64,000 bases of DNA from Octopus sinensis (lineage: Eukaryota). Made by a program: the position numbers and the translations under genes. Numbering within the stretch: the first letter of the stretch is position 1; each line of letters opens with the position of its first letter. Positions 60,221-64,000 of this stretch are shown piece after piece. The notes below the pieces were generated by a model. That model made no database searches. It was not told the origin of the DNA and saw nothing but the letters and a program-made list of their open reading frames with translations. The DNA lies in assembly GCF_006345805.1 (NCBI RefSeq), contig NC_042997.1:156364001-156428000 (forward strand). The letters are read 5' to 3'.

Positions 60221-62427
60221 TGGTGTGAGAGGATGGTTAAGTAATAATTAATTTAGATGGGATACAAAATAGAGAGTGAGGTGGAGGAAATAAAATAGAT
60301 GTGAGATATGTAGGGATATATATGTATGTAGTCAATTCAAGTAAATGAATAATAAAATTAACAATAACAGACAACCAAAGAAGGACATGCACAAGGAGTG
60401 TATTAGTTTGATGCTCTCAGTAAAAGGTGAGAGTTTTTGATCTTTCAAGCATAGCTCTTCATTGGAAAGGAGAAAGAGAAAAATCCAAAGAAGGGAAAGA
60501 AATCGCCAACAGCCCATATGTAGATACATTGCTGAAATAGGTTGGTTGAGAGAAAAAGAGAAAACAAGAAAAAGAAAGCCAGAGAGTGAAAGAGAAATGG
60601 AAAGAGAAAAAAATTAATTTAGTGATGATATTGTATTGCATACTTTCTTTTAATGAAATATAAATTCAGGACCATAAATGCAAAGATCAAAAAACTATCA
60701 TCAAATTTCTATGTCTGAAATAGAATCGTTAGTTAATAAAAGAAAACCAAAACTCTACAAATAAACACTATAAAACGAAATTGAAACTCATTTGAATTAG
60801 TTGTTATTTCCATCAACTAATCTCATACTTTTGACAATCCTTTGATTTGCTTTAATATAACATAAATCTTTCTAAAATATATGTAACCAAATTTATATTT
60901 AAAAATGAAGAAAAAGAATGTTTTCATCTTTTAACAATTTGATCTAGAAAATATATTCCTTATTTCTTATATATATAGTTTTCTTTGCTGATGCTAAATC
61001 ATTCTAGATGTTTCTATTCACTTTTGCAAAAAAAAAATATTCAAAGTAATAAAGTTAAAAGTGATTGAAAAATTCTTCTTTTGAAAATTGATACATATGA
61101 ATGATCGAAATTGTAAAGAGTCTTTCTCCTTGTGTCTACTTTGATAAGGTAACACACAGCCACACAACAAACTTCTTAGTGGTATTGGGTGGGTTTTGTT
61201 GAAAAGTACTTCAACTGGCTAGCTTCCTATTACAGCTGCTCTAAACAAAGTCAACTTTAGCTAGTAACAATATTTAACATTACATTTATCACTCTACATT
61301 ACTTCCATCTCTTTATACACACCAAGCATTTATTTTTATGCTAGCTTCCCATAAATCAATTTCCTTAACACCTGTTATTAATACACACACACACACACAT
61401 ATTTTTTTCTTCACTTTGTAAATACTGCTTAAAGAGCTTTGCCACATTCAAGAATGCATTAGTCTTTGTCACAGCTGGTAGTGTTAGAGAATCTATGTCA
61501 TGTTCAATGACAACAGATCTTCATATAATGTTTGTCACAACTGTTGCAGAAATCATGTGCCGTTTAATGGTAATGTCAAACTTGCCCAGTTTCCATCACT
61601 CATCAAACAAGGAAACAAGGAAACAAGGAAATAGCCAACAGCTTCATTAGCTCTGTGTGTTGTGTAATACCTCAAAGATGATTTGCAACTCGGGAACTGA
61701 TTGCAAAATCTGTTACAATTTCACCTCTATTTGTATAAGTAGTGAAATAAAAAGTTTCAAAATTACTTGTATTTGAAACATCATCATCAATATTTTAATG
61801 TCTATTTTTTCTCTGTTTGTATGGTTTAGAAAAAATTATATGGGAGCAAAGTTTTCCATGGTCAGTTACCAACCACTACTTTAAGTAAGGTGAAAATCTC
61901 CCTACCCCTCAAACAACAAATAGCATAGACATGTTTATGTGGAGGACTGGAAATAAATGACACCAGAGGAACTATTCTTTTTATTTATAAGTACCATACA
62001 ACAAGTCTGTGAAGATGAAGTGAACCAGAAGTAAAGAGTCAGTGATATCAACAGCTGAGGGGCCCTACAGAAAGAGCAGGAATGAGGGAGGTCACATGGG
62101 CATAAGTTGGATCAGTGTGGGCCCCTTTGCTTCAGGACACTCACAGTGGATGGATGCATGTGGCCATTACAAGCTAGAGGGATTTTGCAGTTAGGTTCTA
62201 ACTGGAGCTTAGGTAGGGCACTTTTGGATGTAACCTAGCTGGAAAGACGATGCTGCAAGAGAACCTGAGAGGTAGGTGAATCACATTCATTTCTCATACT
62301 ACAATGTCAAAACATGCCAACAAACCTGGATGTGCTTTTGTGGTGGGCTACAAGAAAGTGACATTGTTAGCAAAGCCATTATTTACAATCAATGAGTAAA
62401 CATGTATAGACAAGGAAATATGCACTC

Positions 62428-62476
<49 letters not shown>

Positions 62477-62499
62477 ACACACACACACACACACACGTG

Positions 62500-62673
62500 A
62501 GCATATGATTGGCTCCTTTCAGTTTCCATCTACCAAAATCCACTTAAAAGACTATGCCCAGCCTGGGACTATGATAGAAGACACTTGCCTAAGGTGCTAC
62601 ACAGTGGAACTAAACTTAAAACCATGTGATTGAAAAGCAAACTTCTTAATCACCTCACAGCCACACTTGTGCC
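62500..62673 (-). mobile_element. 5' half of a family A SINE
   Basis: CAGTTTCCATCTACCAAA...CACAGCCACA. Confidence 0.7.
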
Positions 62674-63489
62674 TAATTGAAACATTATTTCAATTCTGTT
62701 AAGCACAATGAAAGGACATTTATTGAAAGTTAAGTCTGTATAAGTTAGTTGCCACTCTGAACATGTGTGTGCATTTGTGTGTAAACCTTTCTGATGTCAC
62801 ATGGACTGATACAGCAACATCATTGCTCAGTGAAAACTGTGCAGGAACAAAAGCCTCCCCTCAAGCTGCAGATCAAAGAGATGGATTCTTTTGTGTGTAT
62901 GAGGAGTTGAGAATATCCAAGCAAATCTTATATGAGAGAAGTACATTATGCCAGTGAAGCACATAGCCTGGTGGTCAGAGTGTTTAGCTTGTGGTCATAA
63001 AGTCATGGGTTCAAATCCTGGACTGAGCACTGAGTTGTATTCTTGAGCAAAGTACTTCATTTCACATTGCTTAAATATACCCAGCTGTAAACAAATACCT
63101 ATTTTTTTACTACCCACAAGGGGCTAAACACAGAGAGGTCAAACAAGGACAGACAAACAGATTAAGTCGATTATATCGACCCCAGTGCGTAACTGGTACT
63201 TAATTTATCAACCCTGAAAGGATGAATTTGAACTCAGAACCAGCTCTCTCCAGCTGTTACATCTTGGATATGCCACTGGTGTCACTGGCGAATGGTGGAA
63301 GGAAGGAGCCTGTATATGTCTACTTACAACTACATAAGCAACTAAAGCAATTAGTGAAACTATGGTACCCATACTTACTCATCAGTGACAGCTGGCTGTA
63401 TTTATTGTATTGTACTGTTTGACATACAGCTTCTTCTTGCTCCACTTTACAAACAAACTGAAGGTGAACCAGGACATGCAAATGAGTAT

Positions 63490-63722
63490 CTATTTCTTTA
63501 CTACCCACAAGGGGCTAAACACAGAGAAGACAAACAAGGACAGACAAATGGATTAAGTCGATTACATCGACCCCAGTGTGTAACTGATACTTATTTAATC
63601 GACCCCGAAAGGATGAAAGGCAAAGTCAACCTCGGCGAAATTTGAACTCAGAATGTAGCGGCAGACAAAATACCGTTAAGCATTTCGCCCGGCGTGCTAA
63701 TGTTTCTGCCAGCTCACCGCCT
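63490..63722 (-). mobile_element. Full-length family B SINE with 18-bp TSD
   Basis: GGACATGCAAATGAGTAT at 63472-63489 and 63723-63740. Confidence 0.9.
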
Positions 63723-64000
63723 GGACATGCAAATGAGTATTATGTTAACAATGATTTTTGAGGAATATGCTTCAATAGAGTTTTTATTTGAAGAAGAGAA
63801 AACAGACTTTACAGTATTGCTAGGAAGATATTGCTATTTATCTCCAGATGAACCTTAATCAAGCAAACTTGTAATCAAAGACATTCCACTCATGACCAAT
63901 ACTTCTTTTCTAGAGGCATGTCTATGCATATCTTAATGCGTTCTTTTGTAATCTGTATGAGAGAATAATTTGCAGGAGATAAGGATTTGACAGCTATTTC

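Noticed and set aside
63240-63460. Two apparent minus-strand exons (FVCKVEQEEAV..., SSFLPPFASD...)
   Set aside because: 63300-63380 is homologous to 9215-9330, so the region is an interspersed repeat rather than unique coding sequence

Overview
AT-rich, repeat-saturated eukaryotic DNA that looks intronic or intergenic. The SINE families and microsatellite load resemble an octopus (coleoid cephalopod) genome; this is inferred from recalled repeat motifs, not from a database search. No protein-coding gene can be named. Almost all listed ORFs are microsatellite or repeat read-throughs, and only a few low-confidence candidate exons remain. The window holds dozens of SINE-like copies in 4-5 families, two internally deleted DD37D (maT-type) Tc1/mariner elements sharing one deletion, and two fold-back fragments of rosa-like (DD41D) transposases. 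It also holds hAT, piggyBac-like and mariner MITEs, a GGGG-ended long-TIR element with an 8-bp TSD, a Helentron/HINE-like element, and LINE remnants (RTE, CR1/L2, R4/Dong). The most striking unexplained signal is a dispersed set of minimal type-I hammerhead-ribozyme motifs with palindromic helix III inside Penelope-like fragments. Two have a canonical core (4783-4836, 60171-60220), one has a compensated U3:A8 core (30354-30401) and several are decayed. Twice they occur as same-strand pairs about 260 nt apart, like retrozymes. Several near-perfect fold-back hairpins (55-147 bp arms) also occur. All coordinates, alignments and folds were read by eye.
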